DNA of 64,000 bases from positions 17,868 through 81,867 of the forward strand of contig JAQWDK010000004.1 in NCBI GenBank assembly GCA_028705495.1, in the 5' to 3' direction. Every line of letters begins with the position of its first letter. Position 1 is the first letter of the stretch. Below, one piece after another: positions 1 through 9,384 of the stretch. Both the position numbers and the translations under genes were made by a program. The notes under the pieces were generated by a model. That model ran no database searches. It saw only the letters and a program-made list of their open reading frames with translations, and was not told the origin of the DNA. This stretch comes from Eubacteriales bacterium (GTDB lineage: Bacteria > Bacillota > Clostridia > Oscillospirales > CAG-382).

Positions 1-171
1 GTTATCGCTCCGATTAATGAAGCTGACGACTACCTGAAGGTTATGTCGGTTGTATTCCAAAACAGAATACCGCTAACAGGGAAACCAATCGATAAAGCTA
101 TGTGGGGTCAGGCAGATTGGTTCTATGTAGTAAGACCGTTTACAGAGATTGACAAGGAGGAAGATGAATGA
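1..171 (+). CDS. 3' end of an ORF running off the window (possibly the DUF58-type partner that often precedes transglutaminase-like membrane proteins)
   Basis: Frame 1 is open from nt 1 to TGA at 169-171 (...VVRPFTEIDKEEDE*). The stop overlaps the next start as ATGA (168-171). The product is a context guess only. Confidence 0.4.
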   Translation, partial: VIAPINEADDYLKVMSVVFQNRIPLTGKPIDKAMWGQADWFYVVRPFTEIDKEEDE

Positions 172-2417
172 GAATTTCCTCTGATTATATTTTATCAACT
201 TTGTCCGACGCCGTTATTATCTCAGTTGGCGCAACAGGTGCGATTTTTGCAATATTAAGCGCATACAACTTAACCTATAACAGCGCGATTATAATAATTA
301 TAACGGTTACATCAGCGCTCATCTTCTCCGCTGTTTTTCATGCGCCAAAAAAAGTAAAGCGAATCGGTCTTGCGGTTTGTGGTATCGCTTTATTTGTCGG
401 CTATTATATGTACTCCACCGAAATAAACGGCGGATTCGTATATTTTTTTAATATCGTTTCAAGGCTTTTTCATAAGCTGTCAATCGACTTACCGACATTT
501 AACTTTCAACCATATCTGTTTTTCTTTCAAACGAGCCTTATAACAGCATTTTTCACCTATTTCTCAGTAATTTTCACCTTTGTTATAGCGTTTGCGCTTA
601 TAAGCATGAGGTCTACCTCTCTCTGCTTTCTGTTCTCGTTAATCTTTGTTTTCCCGTCATTTATTTTTATAAATATGCCGCCGGATATCGAGGCTATAAT
701 TCTTTATCTCGCGTTTATCTTGACGGTCTTCTTGACGAACAGTATAAGACTTGGTAGGAAAAGAACGAGCAGTGCGGTCGCCGTTCTTGTACCGATGCTT
801 ATTTTCCTTGTGCTTGTGAGGACTGTTTCGCCGGAAGAGACATATGTGAGATCTGATATCGGCGAAAAAATTTATGAGTTTTTTGCTAATAGACTTCCGC
901 TTAATCCGGAAACGAGCGAAAACCCTCTGCCCACAGTTTCGGGAGTTGATTACCAAGGTAATCCTCTTTTATCCGTTGACCTTCGGAACGCTGAACCGCC
1001 CGAAGGCACTGGAGTTGTTATGAGTGTAAAAACCAATTTGCGCGGGATACATTATCTACGTGGTATCACTTATGATACTTATAGCGACTCGAGCTGGACG
1101 ATAACCCCAAATGATCCGGATATCACCATTATACAATACAAAGTCGCTCTTTTACCCGGCACAAATCCTGAGTTTCCACTAAATCCTCATACTTATGCAA
1201 CTTATTCTGCGATGACGGCCGAGGATGAAAATGGTAATGTTGGATTACAGTCCACCGCACCAAGTATGTTTCACATCAGCTCCTTTAGTCGTGGTATTGC
1301 TTATATGCCGTATCTCTCGTTCTATAACGGCGATGACGGATTTAGCATAGAGAATGACTCTTATGTGATGCGAAACACTGCATATTCGGGATATACATTT
1401 ATGACCTATGACCCGATGCTGATTGGTAGTTTGATAGGCTCAGGCAACTCATATAGACCGGTAGACAACAGTGATGAAGAAACATTTAATCGCATCTATG
1501 GTGCCATAGTAAATGAAAGATACTATAATTTGCCACATGCGCAGTTTTATTTTTTCAGAAATCTTCTCAGTAAAGAATCGCTTGTCACCGATGGGGACGA
1601 TTATAAAACCATAACAGCAATAATCGAGTATGTCCAGAACAGTGCGACATACGATCTTAAAGCACCAAAAGCTCCTATAGGTGAGGACTTTATCGAATAC
1701 TTCCTTACTGAAAGCAAAAGTGGATTTTGCATTCACTTTGCTTCAGCTGCCACGTGCATGCTCCGCGCTGCAGGTTATCCCGCAAGATATGTCACGGGGT
1801 ATGTCGCGAATGTAAGCAGCGGTGAAGTTTGGACAGCCGTCACAGAGAAAGCAGCTCACGCCTGGGTCGAGGTTTACTTTGACGGCATCGGTTGGATTCC
1901 CTTTGATCCGACACCTGGAATACCGGGTGTTACAGCACCGCCGGTTGCCGAAACAAGCGAAGAGACAAGTCAAGTAGAATCGACAACATCAGTTCCAGAA
2001 ATCACTGAGTCTGAGACTTCATCTGAAAACAGCGAAAACGGTGAACCTTTTACAGTTGATTTAACAACCTTTGCGAAAGTTCTGCTCTTAAGCTTAAGTG
2101 TATTTGCAGTTTTAGCACTACCTTTTATCAGAAGGCGGTATATAAACACAAAGAGAATAAATGCATTTACATCGGAATCAACTAACAAAGCAGTAATATG
2201 TGCATGGCAGTATCTTGAAAGACTACTCGTTTATGAGGTGAAACCTCCGACGGAGGTTTATGAAACAGCGTTGAAAGCAGCGTTTAGCAATCATAAACTC
2301 AGCGATGATGAGAGAAAGTCAGTTGTAGAATTTGCTGTAAAATCAGCTGCTGAAGTTGATAGCTCTCTGCATTTCTTTAGAAAAATTGTTTTCAGATACC
2401 TAAAATGTCTTTATTAA
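168..2417 (+). CDS. Transglutaminase-like multi-pass membrane protein
   Basis: 749 aa. The N-terminus has many TM helices. Transglutaminase core with Cys/His/Asp context: SGFCIHFASAATCMLRAAGYPARYVTGY ... AAHAWVEVYFDGIGWIPFDPTPG. A Ser/Thr/Glu-rich linker and a C-terminal TM follow. Confidence 0.85.
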   Translation: MRISSDYILSTLSDAVIISVGATGAIFAILSAYNLTYNSAIIIIITVTSALIFSAVFHAPKKVKRIGLAVCGIALFVGYYMYSTEINGGFVYFFNIVSRLFHKLSIDLPTFNFQPYLFFFQTSLITAFFTYFSVIFTFVIAFALISMRSTSLCFLFSLIFVFPSFIFINMPPDIEAIILYLAFILTVFLTNSIRLGRKRTSSAVAVLVPMLIFLVLVRTVSPEETYVRSDIGEKIYEFFANRLPLNPETSENPLPTVSGVDYQGNPLLSVDLRNAEPPEGTGVVMSVKTNLRGIHYLRGITYDTYSDSSWTITPNDPDITIIQYKVALLPGTNPEFPLNPHTYATYSAMTAEDENGNVGLQSTAPSMFHISSFSRGIAYMPYLSFYNGDDGFSIENDSYVMRNTAYSGYTFMTYDPMLIGSLIGSGNSYRPVDNSDEETFNRIYGAIVNERYYNLPHAQFYFFRNLLSKESLVTDGDDYKTITAIIEYVQNSATYDLKAPKAPIGEDFIEYFLTESKSGFCIHFASAATCMLRAAGYPARYVTGYVANVSSGEVWTAVTEKAAHAWVEVYFDGIGWIPFDPTPGIPGVTAPPVAETSEETSQVESTTSVPEITESETSSENSENGEPFTVDLTTFAKVLLLSLSVFAVLALPFIRRRYINTKRINAFTSESTNKAVICAWQYLERLLVYEVKPPTEVYETALKAAFSNHKLSDDERKSVVEFAVKSAAEVDSSLHFFRKIVFRYLKCLY

Positions 2418-2422
2418 AATCA

Positions 2423-2450
2423 AAACCCGGCTAACTCGCCGGGTTTTACT
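2423..2450 (+). terminator. Rho-independent terminator after the transglutaminase-like gene
   Basis: AAACCCGGC-taactc-GCCGGGTTT followed by a T-run. Confidence 0.8.
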
Positions 2451-2471
2451 ATTTGTGGAAATATATAATAG

Positions 2472-2500
2472 TTGATTTTTTTAGCACTATGTGATAGAAT
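2472..2500 (+). promoter_or_regulatory. Sigma-A type promoter of the nusB operon
   Basis: TTGATT (2472-2477), 17-nt spacer, TGaTAGAAT extended -10 (TAGAAT at 2495-2500). Confidence 0.6.
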
Positions 2501-2565
2501 AGTTTGAATTATTACGCGACTTTTCGCGTAAAACCAGAGCAGTTCGAAAGGAACTAAAATTATTT

Positions 2566-3030
2566 ATGAATAGACGGGTAGCGCGGGCTATCGCGCTTGA
2601 GCTCTTATTTGAATTCGATTTCAACAGAGAAAAAAGCCCTGATGAAATTATAATAACAGCAGAAGAATCACGCGAAATAAAAGTCAACAGCTTCGCAAGA
2701 AGCATTTTTACCCTTGCAGCAACAAATATTGATGCGGTGGATGGCCTTATTTCACAAAAATCTGAAAATTGGAAACTTGACCGAATAAGCAAGCTTGCTA
2801 AAACAGTGATGAGGCTTTGTGTAGCTGAGATCGTCTATGCCGGAACACCTGACAGGGTTGCAGTCAACGAAGCGGTTGAGCTGTCAAAAGCTTATGACGA
2901 TGAAAAGGGAGCAGCCTTTATCAATGGTGTTCTCGGGGGTATCGTGCGTTCACTACCGGGTTATGACGGAGAACAAAAACCAAAAGCATCGGACGACGAC
3001 GGCGAAGTACAGCAGGGCGAAAGTGATTGA
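2566..3030 (+). CDS. nusB: Transcription antitermination factor NusB
   Basis: 154 aa. N-terminus RRVARAIALELLFEFDF and overall NusB-like helical pattern. Position upstream of xseAB as in Firmicutes. Confidence 0.9.
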   Translation: MNRRVARAIALELLFEFDFNREKSPDEIIITAEESREIKVNSFARSIFTLAATNIDAVDGLISQKSENWKLDRISKLAKTVMRLCVAEIVYAGTPDRVAVNEAVELSKAYDDEKGAAFINGVLGGIVRSLPGYDGEQKPKASDDDGEVQQGESD

Positions 3031-3051
3031 CATAATACCGGAGGTGGGGAA

Positions 3052-4302
3052 TTGAATCAAATGACAAGCTCCGCCGGAGCAAGCTCAGCATCGGTGTTAA
3101 CCGTTTCTCAGATAAACGGGATGATAAAAAAGCATGTTGAAAGCTCACCGTATCTAAAATCCGTCTATATTAAAGGCGAGATATCGAACCTTACGGTTCA
3201 CACAAGCGGACATTATTATTTTTCTCTCAAAGATTCTGGCTCAGTTTTGAAATGCATAATGTTCAGAGCGGCGGCAACAAAGCTTGTTTTCGCACCTGAA
3301 AACGGACTTAATGTAATTTGCCGCGGAAGAATATCTGTTTACGAACAGGGCGGTTATTATCAGCTTACTGTCGAGGCGATGAAGCCGGATGGTGTTGGAG
3401 AGCTGTATATTGCCTTTGAACAGCTGAAAAAGAAGCTGAATGCTGAAGGGCTTTTCGACAGAAAATATAAAAAGCCACTACCAAAAACGCCATATCGTGT
3501 CGGCATTGTAACCTCTCCGACCGGTGCTGCGGTGAGGGATATCATAAAAATCAGTCGCAGACGCTTTCCGCCTGCAAAACTTCTTCTCTATCCCGCTCTT
3601 GTTCAGGGTGAGGGAGCGGCCGCCAGCGTAATACGCGGTATTGAATATTTTAACCGTACCGATTCCGCGGATGTTGTTATAATTGGTAGGGGCGGAGGTT
3701 CAATAGAGGACTTATGGGCATTTAATGACGAAAATTTAGCGAGAGCAATTTTTCGTTCAGCGATCCCAATAGTATCGGCTGTCGGTCATGAAACAGACTT
3801 TACAATTTCCGATTTTGTTGCCGATGTTAGAGCCGCAACCCCTTCAGATGCAGCACAGCTCTGTTTACCTGAGATAGAAACATGTCATACAAGACTGACG
3901 AATGTAGCCCGGAGACTGTGCGACTCGCAGCTTTCTAACATATCCGAAAGGCGTTCTGCACTTGCGCTGCTTAAAAACAGCAAGCCTCTTACATCACCTT
4001 TTAACACTATTAATGACAGAAGAACGAAACTTGTAGATCTTGAGAGCAGTCTTTTCTCGGCGATACATTATTCTCTTGAAAGAAAAACAACTTCAGCCGA
4101 ACACATTGGTGAAAAACTCGCTCTGCTTGATCCGTTTTCGCCGCTCAAACGAGGATATGCTATTGCATTCGGGAAAGACGGTGCGGTTACAAGGGTCGGC
4201 TCTCTTGAAACAGGCGATGAGCTTAAGCTCAAATTCGCCGACGGTGAAGTAGATACAAGGATCACCGCTGTAAGAAAAGAAAGGCAAGAATCAAATGAGT
4301 AA
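3052..4302 (+). CDS. xseA: Exodeoxyribonuclease VII large subunit
   Basis: 416 aa. Motifs VGIVTSPTGAAVRDI and GRGGGSIEDLWAFNDE. The start is TTG 3052 or ATG 3061. An 8-nt overlap with xseB. Confidence 0.9.
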   Translation: MNQMTSSAGASSASVLTVSQINGMIKKHVESSPYLKSVYIKGEISNLTVHTSGHYYFSLKDSGSVLKCIMFRAAATKLVFAPENGLNVICRGRISVYEQGGYYQLTVEAMKPDGVGELYIAFEQLKKKLNAEGLFDRKYKKPLPKTPYRVGIVTSPTGAAVRDIIKISRRRFPPAKLLLYPALVQGEGAAASVIRGIEYFNRTDSADVVIIGRGGGSIEDLWAFNDENLARAIFRSAIPIVSAVGHETDFTISDFVADVRAATPSDAAQLCLPEIETCHTRLTNVARRLCDSQLSNISERRSALALLKNSKPLTSPFNTINDRRTKLVDLESSLFSAIHYSLERKTTSAEHIGEKLALLDPFSPLKRGYAIAFGKDGAVTRVGSLETGDELKLKFADGEVDTRITAVRKERQESNE

Positions 4303-4531
4303 AACTACAAATCACACCTTTGAAACAGCAATGAAAAGGCTTGAAGAAATTGTTGTCGCTCTTGACGACGGTTCCGCACCGCTTGATGAGCTGATAAAGC
4401 TATTCGAAGAGGGCACAGGTCTTGTCAAGCTTTGTAATACTATGCTTGACAAAGCTGAAAGCAAGGTTAAAATATTGTCCGAAAAGAACGGGGTAGTAAC
4501 CGAAGAGGATTTTACGACCACGGAGGAATAA
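4295..4531 (+). CDS. xseB: Exodeoxyribonuclease VII small subunit
   Basis: 78 aa. FETAMKRLEEIVVALDDG is the typical XseB N-terminus. Overlaps the xseA stop. Confidence 0.85.
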   Translation: MSKTTNHTFETAMKRLEEIVVALDDGSAPLDELIKLFEEGTGLVKLCNTMLDKAESKVKILSEKNGVVTEEDFTTTEE

Positions 4532-4535
4532 GGGA

Positions 4536-5453
4536 TTGAATGATCATTATAAAAATCTTGAGGAGCGCATCAATACGCTTTCTGAAGTGACAAAAAAAGA
4601 AATAGAAATTGTATCCAGGTCAAAAATCGGTGAAACATATTATAAAACGCTAATTGACTCGATGAATTATACCTTAGACGCCGGCGGTAAGATGATACGC
4701 TCGTTTCTTGTGTATGAATTTTGCTCCGCTTCTGAGGAAAGCGACACCCATTCTGAAGGTTGTGAAAAATACGCAGCGGCTGTGGAAATGATGCATAGCT
4801 TTTCGCTCATACATGACGATTTGCCTTGTATGGATAATGCTTCTCTACGTCGTGGAAAGACGACTAACCACCTCGTTTTCGGTGAAGCGACAGCGCTTCT
4901 TGCGGGTGATGCACTCGCAATTCTTGCTCTTCACACCTGCGCTTCTAACAGACTCTACTCTCCGAAACAAAACTGCGAAGCCGTGGAATGCCTTAGCCAT
5001 TATGCAGGCAGGGATGGTATGATCGGTGGTCAACAGCTTGACCTTGAAGGCGAAAAAAGTCTTTTGTCGAAAGAACAGCTCGACCTTATGAACAGCATGA
5101 AAACTGGCTCTCTAATGGCAGCTTCTTGTGAGCTCGGCTGTATTGCAGGTATGGCAAGGACAGCGAGAAGAGTCGGTGCAAAGGGATATGGATTCCTTCT
5201 CGGACGTGCATTCCAAGTAACTGACGATATCCTCGATATAGAAAGTAGTCCAGAGCTTCTTGGAAAAGATATTGGAGCTGATAGCGAAAATAATAAATCA
5301 ACTTATGTCACACTACTCGGGCTTGAAGGAGCAAGAGAGTTTGCAAAAGAGCTGACTGAAAGCGCAAAGAAATGCCTTGAAGCATTTCCAGACAGCCAGT
5401 CGAAGAGAAACCTACTGCTATTAGCGGATTATTTACTTGAGCGAAAAAAATAG
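4536..5453 (+). CDS. ispA: Farnesyl/geranyl diphosphate synthase (polyprenyl synthetase family)
   Basis: 305 aa. First and second Asp-rich motifs: FSLIHDDLPCMDNASLRRGK and FQVTDDILD. Confidence 0.9.
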   Translation: MNDHYKNLEERINTLSEVTKKEIEIVSRSKIGETYYKTLIDSMNYTLDAGGKMIRSFLVYEFCSASEESDTHSEGCEKYAAAVEMMHSFSLIHDDLPCMDNASLRRGKTTNHLVFGEATALLAGDALAILALHTCASNRLYSPKQNCEAVECLSHYAGRDGMIGGQQLDLEGEKSLLSKEQLDLMNSMKTGSLMAASCELGCIAGMARTARRVGAKGYGFLLGRAFQVTDDILDIESSPELLGKDIGADSENNKSTYVTLLGLEGAREFAKELTESAKKCLEAFPDSQSKRNLLLLADYLLERKK

Positions 5454-5456
5454 TTA

Positions 5457-5485
5457 TTGAATATAATAGCATAACATGATATAAT
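5457..5485 (+). promoter_or_regulatory. Near-consensus sigma-A promoter immediately after the ispA stop, driving the ncRNA gap
   Basis: TTGAAT (5457-5462), 17-nt spacer, TGaTATAAT (TATAAT at 5480-5485). Confidence 0.65.
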
Positions 5486-5489
5486 AAAA

Positions 5490-6075
5490 TGATAAGAACT
5501 ATTAATGGCGCAGTATCCTAGTTGGACCGTCGTTCCCGAAAGCGGGCCTAAAAATCCGCGTAAGGGCAAAACGATGAAGCTCCTTGTGCTTGCTTTAGAC
5601 GCCCAGTTTAGGGTGGGTGCTGGGAGAATGGACTGCGGGCGCCCCGTAATGGCATACGGGACACGACCCGTTTTCCGTAGAGGCTTTTTTCTGTGCTGGC
5701 ACGGTTTTTTTCGTAGCTGGTACGGTTAAAAGATTAAACCTATCACGCGGTACTTTTTGTTGCTGTGGATAGAGTAGCCTGACTTGAGTGGTTTTGGCGG
5801 ATGGGTGTTCACACCGGTGTAGTAAGTCGACGACGATGCTGGTTATCGCTCCCTGAAACCTCTGCTGCAAAAGAGTCTAAGGAACGGAAGCGGTCTATTG
5901 AGGAAATCTCCTAGGCTGAGATATCAGGCACAGGATGGATTGCAGTGTGAACTAAAAGGTAATCAAGTCCCGGCTCCGGTGACGGACCGGCTGTTGGTTT
6001 AAAGGGAAACCACTTTATCGGCGACGAAAAGTACTGACTGGGGAAAGCCTACTTGACCGGATGTCACAAAGTTTA
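5490..6075 (+). ncRNA. ole: OLE (ornate, large, extremophilic) RNA candidate; the ends are approximate
   Basis: A 667-nt gap (5454-6120) in an otherwise tightly packed operon. It holds only short overlapping ORFs on both strands with implausible products. It is locally GC-rich with many short helices (e.g. CCGGCTCCG-gtga-CGGACCGG at about 5970-5990) and has its own promoter. The flanking order nusB-xseA-xseB-ispA-[gap]-small TM protein-dxs-tlyA-nadK-argR-recN is the published OLE/oapA neighbourhood. No covariance model was run. Confidence 0.75.
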
Positions 6076-6120
6076 CGTCTTGTGCCGCCATTCATATTTT
6101 TATATAAAGGAAAAGAAAAA

Positions 6121-6780
6121 ATGGACGACCAAAAGGGCGAAGTTCCGTTGCCCGATGTCCCGAAAAAGGACATATCTCGGAACAAAAAACCAAAGAAAAA
6201 ACAAAAGCAGGGGCAATACGTCTGGGCAATAAAAGTTTTTATTGCATCACTTTTAACTACAGCAATCCTGACGCTGATTACCGAGGAATCAATTAACAAT
6301 ATATCCATGGTAGCGGCTTTTGTTCTTCTCGTTATAATAATCTTAATAAATATAATATTTGATGTTGTCGGACTTGCCGTTGCCACCGCGGCGGAAAGTC
6401 CTTTTCATTCTATGGCGGCAAGAAAAAATCGTGTCGGGAAAACAGCGGTCAAGCTTTTAAAGAACGCAGACAAAGTTTCATCTATATGTAATGACATCGT
6501 CGGAGATATCGCAGGTATCGTTTCGGGTGCGACAAGTGTTGCGATCGCCGCGAAAATATTTTTAGGCAACCCACATGAATCATGGTTTACTTTACTCCTG
6601 ACATCCCTTGTTGCAGCGTTTACCGTCGGAGGAAAAGCGTTCGCAAAGAAACTTGCGATTGTAAAAAGTACCGAAATTATAATACTAACTTCCCGCTTCC
6701 TATCTTTTTTTAGCTTACAAGGCAGAAAAGAGAGAAATAAAAGCAAAAAAACGAAGATTAAACACGAAACCCGAAAATAA
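6121..6780 (+). CDS. oapA: OLE-associated membrane protein (OapA-like), 4-5 TM helices
   Basis: The tracked ORF is 6061-6780. ATG 6121 has the RBS aaaggaaaag. Lys-rich N-terminus (KKDISRNKKPKKKQKQ), then TM helices. Its position between the ncRNA gap and dxs matches oapA. Assigned by synteny and topology only. Confidence 0.6.
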   Translation: MDDQKGEVPLPDVPKKDISRNKKPKKKQKQGQYVWAIKVFIASLLTTAILTLITEESINNISMVAAFVLLVIIILINIIFDVVGLAVATAAESPFHSMAARKNRVGKTAVKLLKNADKVSSICNDIVGDIAGIVSGATSVAIAAKIFLGNPHESWFTLLLTSLVAAFTVGGKAFAKKLAIVKSTEIIILTSRFLSFFSLQGRKERNKSKKTKIKHETRK

Positions 6781-6800
6781 AAATAAGGGAATCATAAAAA

Positions 6801-8645
6801 TTGGAAATACTTGATAAAATAAAATCCCCTTCAGACTTAAAAAACCTCAGTTATGATTGTCTTGACAAGTTAGCTAAGGAGCTTCGCGGAGAAGTAATAA
6901 AAACCGTATCAAAAAACGGTGGGCATCTTGCCTCAAACCTCGGCGTTGTCGAGTTGACTATCGCAATCCACAGGGTTTTTAACTCTCCTGAAGACAAAAT
7001 AATATGGGATGTCGGGCATCAAAGCTATATCCATAAACTCCTGACAGGACGTAGAGAGAATTTTTCGACGCTCAGAAACTATGGCGGTGTGTCCGGTTTT
7101 ACTCTCAGGAGTGAGAGTGAGCACGACCCATTTGGCGCAGGTCACAGCAGTACATCAATCTCTGCCGCTCTTGGCTTCGCCAATGCAGATGCACTTAACG
7201 GCAAAAAAAACTTCACTGTTTCGGTAACTGGTGACGGTGCATTCACAAACGGGATGATATACGAAGCGCTCAATAACTGCACAAAGCGTGATTTAAACCT
7301 AATTATTATACTTAATGATAACGATATGTCTATCAACATGAATGTAGGTGCTTTTGCGGAACATCTTGCAAGATTCCGTACAAGCCAAAAGTATTTTAGT
7401 TTTAAACATGGAACTAAAGCTACTTTTGAAAAAATACCAGTAGTGGGTAAAGGACTCGTTAAAGTTGCAAGAGGTTTCAGAGATTTCGGCAAGAGGCTTG
7501 TTTGGAGCGAAAATCTTTTTGAACATTTAGGCGTAGAATACATCGGTCCGGTAAACGGCAATGATATAAATAAGCTTGAAATAGCACTTTGCGAAGCAAA
7601 AAAACTTGGTAAATGCTGTCTTGTCCATGTACAAACAAAAAAGGGAAAGGGCTATGCTTACGCTGAAAAGAACCCTTCGAGATATCATTCTGTCGGAGCG
7701 TTTGACCCACAAAAGGGCGTTTCACTATCTAGCGGTTCGTCGTTCTCCTCGGAAGCAGGTAAAAGCATACTCAATCATGCAAAGGAAGACAGCGATATCT
7801 GCGCCATAACTGCAGCAATGACGGATGGTACGGGACTCAGCGAATTTTCCGAGGCGCTACCCGAAAGATTTTTTGATGTCGGTATTGCCGAAGAACATGC
7901 TGTTACCTTTGCCGCAGGACTAGCCGCAGCAGGAAAAAAGCCAGTAGTGGCGATTTATTCAACCTTTCTACAGCGTTCTTACGACCAGATTTTACACGAT
8001 GTTGCACTCCAGAAACTGCCGGTCGTTTTTGCGGTAGACAGAGCAGGACTTGTCCACAGTGATGGAGCGACGCATCATGGTCTGTTTGATGTTGCTATGC
8101 TTAGAAATATACCGAATGTTTCGGTGTTTTCTCCAGAAACCTATGAAGAGATTGAGCTTTCTTTTGCAAAAGCATTCAGAAGCGAAATTGCGACGGCTGT
8201 CAGATACCCAAAAGGCAAAGAAAACTCGAATTATGTAAACTTTATTCGCAGTGGATTTATTTCCCATGTCGATATAGGTGAAAAACCCAAAATCGCTATA
8301 ATAACGTATGGAATAATAACAAAAAATGCTTATGATGCCGCAGTTTCTCTGTTAAAAGACGGTGTTTCTGTAAGGATTATTAAGCTAATCCAAATAAAAC
8401 CGATTGATTTTGAAAAGCTAAACGAACTGCTTTGTGGCATAGACTTTGTTTATGTACTTGAAGAAGGAATCCGCAGCGGCGGTGTGGGCGAAATGCTTAA
8501 AGCAGAACTTAATATCAAAACAGAAGTGCGCGCAGTTGAAGATAGATTTGTCACTTTTGGTGATACCGAAAGTTTACACCGTGAATGCGGTTTTCTACCA
8601 GAACAGATTGCAGCTGATATAAAGGAAAAAATCCGTGAGGCTTGA
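6801..8645 (+). CDS. dxs: 1-deoxy-D-xylulose-5-phosphate synthase
   Basis: 614 aa. GHQSYIHKLLTGRR, TPP-binding GDGAFTNGMIYEALN, transketolase-like C-terminal half. Confidence 0.95.
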   Translation: MEILDKIKSPSDLKNLSYDCLDKLAKELRGEVIKTVSKNGGHLASNLGVVELTIAIHRVFNSPEDKIIWDVGHQSYIHKLLTGRRENFSTLRNYGGVSGFTLRSESEHDPFGAGHSSTSISAALGFANADALNGKKNFTVSVTGDGAFTNGMIYEALNNCTKRDLNLIIILNDNDMSINMNVGAFAEHLARFRTSQKYFSFKHGTKATFEKIPVVGKGLVKVARGFRDFGKRLVWSENLFEHLGVEYIGPVNGNDINKLEIALCEAKKLGKCCLVHVQTKKGKGYAYAEKNPSRYHSVGAFDPQKGVSLSSGSSFSSEAGKSILNHAKEDSDICAITAAMTDGTGLSEFSEALPERFFDVGIAEEHAVTFAAGLAAAGKKPVVAIYSTFLQRSYDQILHDVALQKLPVVFAVDRAGLVHSDGATHHGLFDVAMLRNIPNVSVFSPETYEEIELSFAKAFRSEIATAVRYPKGKENSNYVNFIRSGFISHVDIGEKPKIAIITYGIITKNAYDAAVSLLKDGVSVRIIKLIQIKPIDFEKLNELLCGIDFVYVLEEGIRSGGVGEMLKAELNIKTEVRAVEDRFVTFGDTESLHRECGFLPEQIAADIKEKIREA

Positions 8646-9384
8646 TGTTTATCTTGTTACAAAAGGTTTTTGCGACAGCAGAAGTCGTGCCTCTGAGCTT
8701 ATAAAAAGCGCTTTTGTGTTAGTTGACGGAAAGACAGAAACAAAAGCGTCTAAGAATGTTGAAGGTTGTAGGGTAGAGCTTGTTGGAGATATGAAATATG
8801 TCTCCCGTGCCGGATTAAAACTCGAAGCGGCATTAGAGAAATTTGAAATAGATGTAAAAGGCTCTGTTTGCCTTGATGTTGGTGCCTCTACTGGAGGTTT
8901 TACCCAGTGCTTGCTAAACCATGGCGCAGAATTTGTATATGCGCTTGATGTTGGAAGAAGTCAGCTACACAGCTCTCTTAAAAATGATGTGCGTGTAAAA
9001 GATATGCCTGGATTAAATGCAAGGAATATTGGAAAAGAGCTTTTTGATAAGAAGATTGATGTTGTGACAATGGATGTATCTTTCATTTCACAAACTCTAA
9101 TTTATAGCACAGTCGCTTCCATTCTTGACAGAGACGGCGTATTTATCAGCCTTGTAAAACCACAGTTTGAAGCAGGCAGAGAAAATATCGGCAAGGGTGG
9201 GATTGTCAGGGAAAGCAAAGGACTCTACGAAGATATATTCAAAAAGCTATCCTCTGCCGCCGCAGAGCACAATCTGGCAATGACTAAAACAATGGAATCG
9301 CCGATCAAAGGCGGTGACGGCAATAGAGAATTTCTTGCGTGTTTCTATTTCTCAGAAACCAAAAGCGCAGATAGGAAAGATTAG
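8635..9384 (+). CDS. tlyA: TlyA-family rRNA 2'-O-methyltransferase (S4 domain + FtsJ-like)
   Basis: 249 aa. MRLDVYLV N-terminus (GTG start). SAM motif DVGASTGGFTQCLL. An 11-nt overlap with dxs. Confidence 0.9.
   Translation: MRLDVYLVTKGFCDSRSRASELIKSAFVLVDGKTETKASKNVEGCRVELVGDMKYVSRAGLKLEAALEKFEIDVKGSVCLDVGASTGGFTQCLLNHGAEFVYALDVGRSQLHSSLKNDVRVKDMPGLNARNIGKELFDKKIDVVTMDVSFISQTLIYSTVASILDRDGVFISLVKPQFEAGRENIGKGGIVRESKGLYEDIFKKLSSAAAEHNLAMTKTMESPIKGGDGNREFLACFYFSETKSADRKD

Noticed and set aside
5755-5775. DnaA-box-like TGTGGATAG
   Set aside because: A single 8/9 match inside the ncRNA region. There is no cluster of boxes or AT-rich unwinding element, and it is not near the gyrB upstream region.
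5505-6386. Tracked ORFs 5505-5729(+), 5595-5870(-) and 6015-6386(-) inside or next to the ispA-oapA gap
   Set aside because: They overlap one another on opposite strands and lack RBSs. Their products are Arg/Gly/Pro/Thr-rich and look like translated GC-rich structured RNA. The last is antisense to the oapA-like gene. The region is better explained as the OLE RNA.
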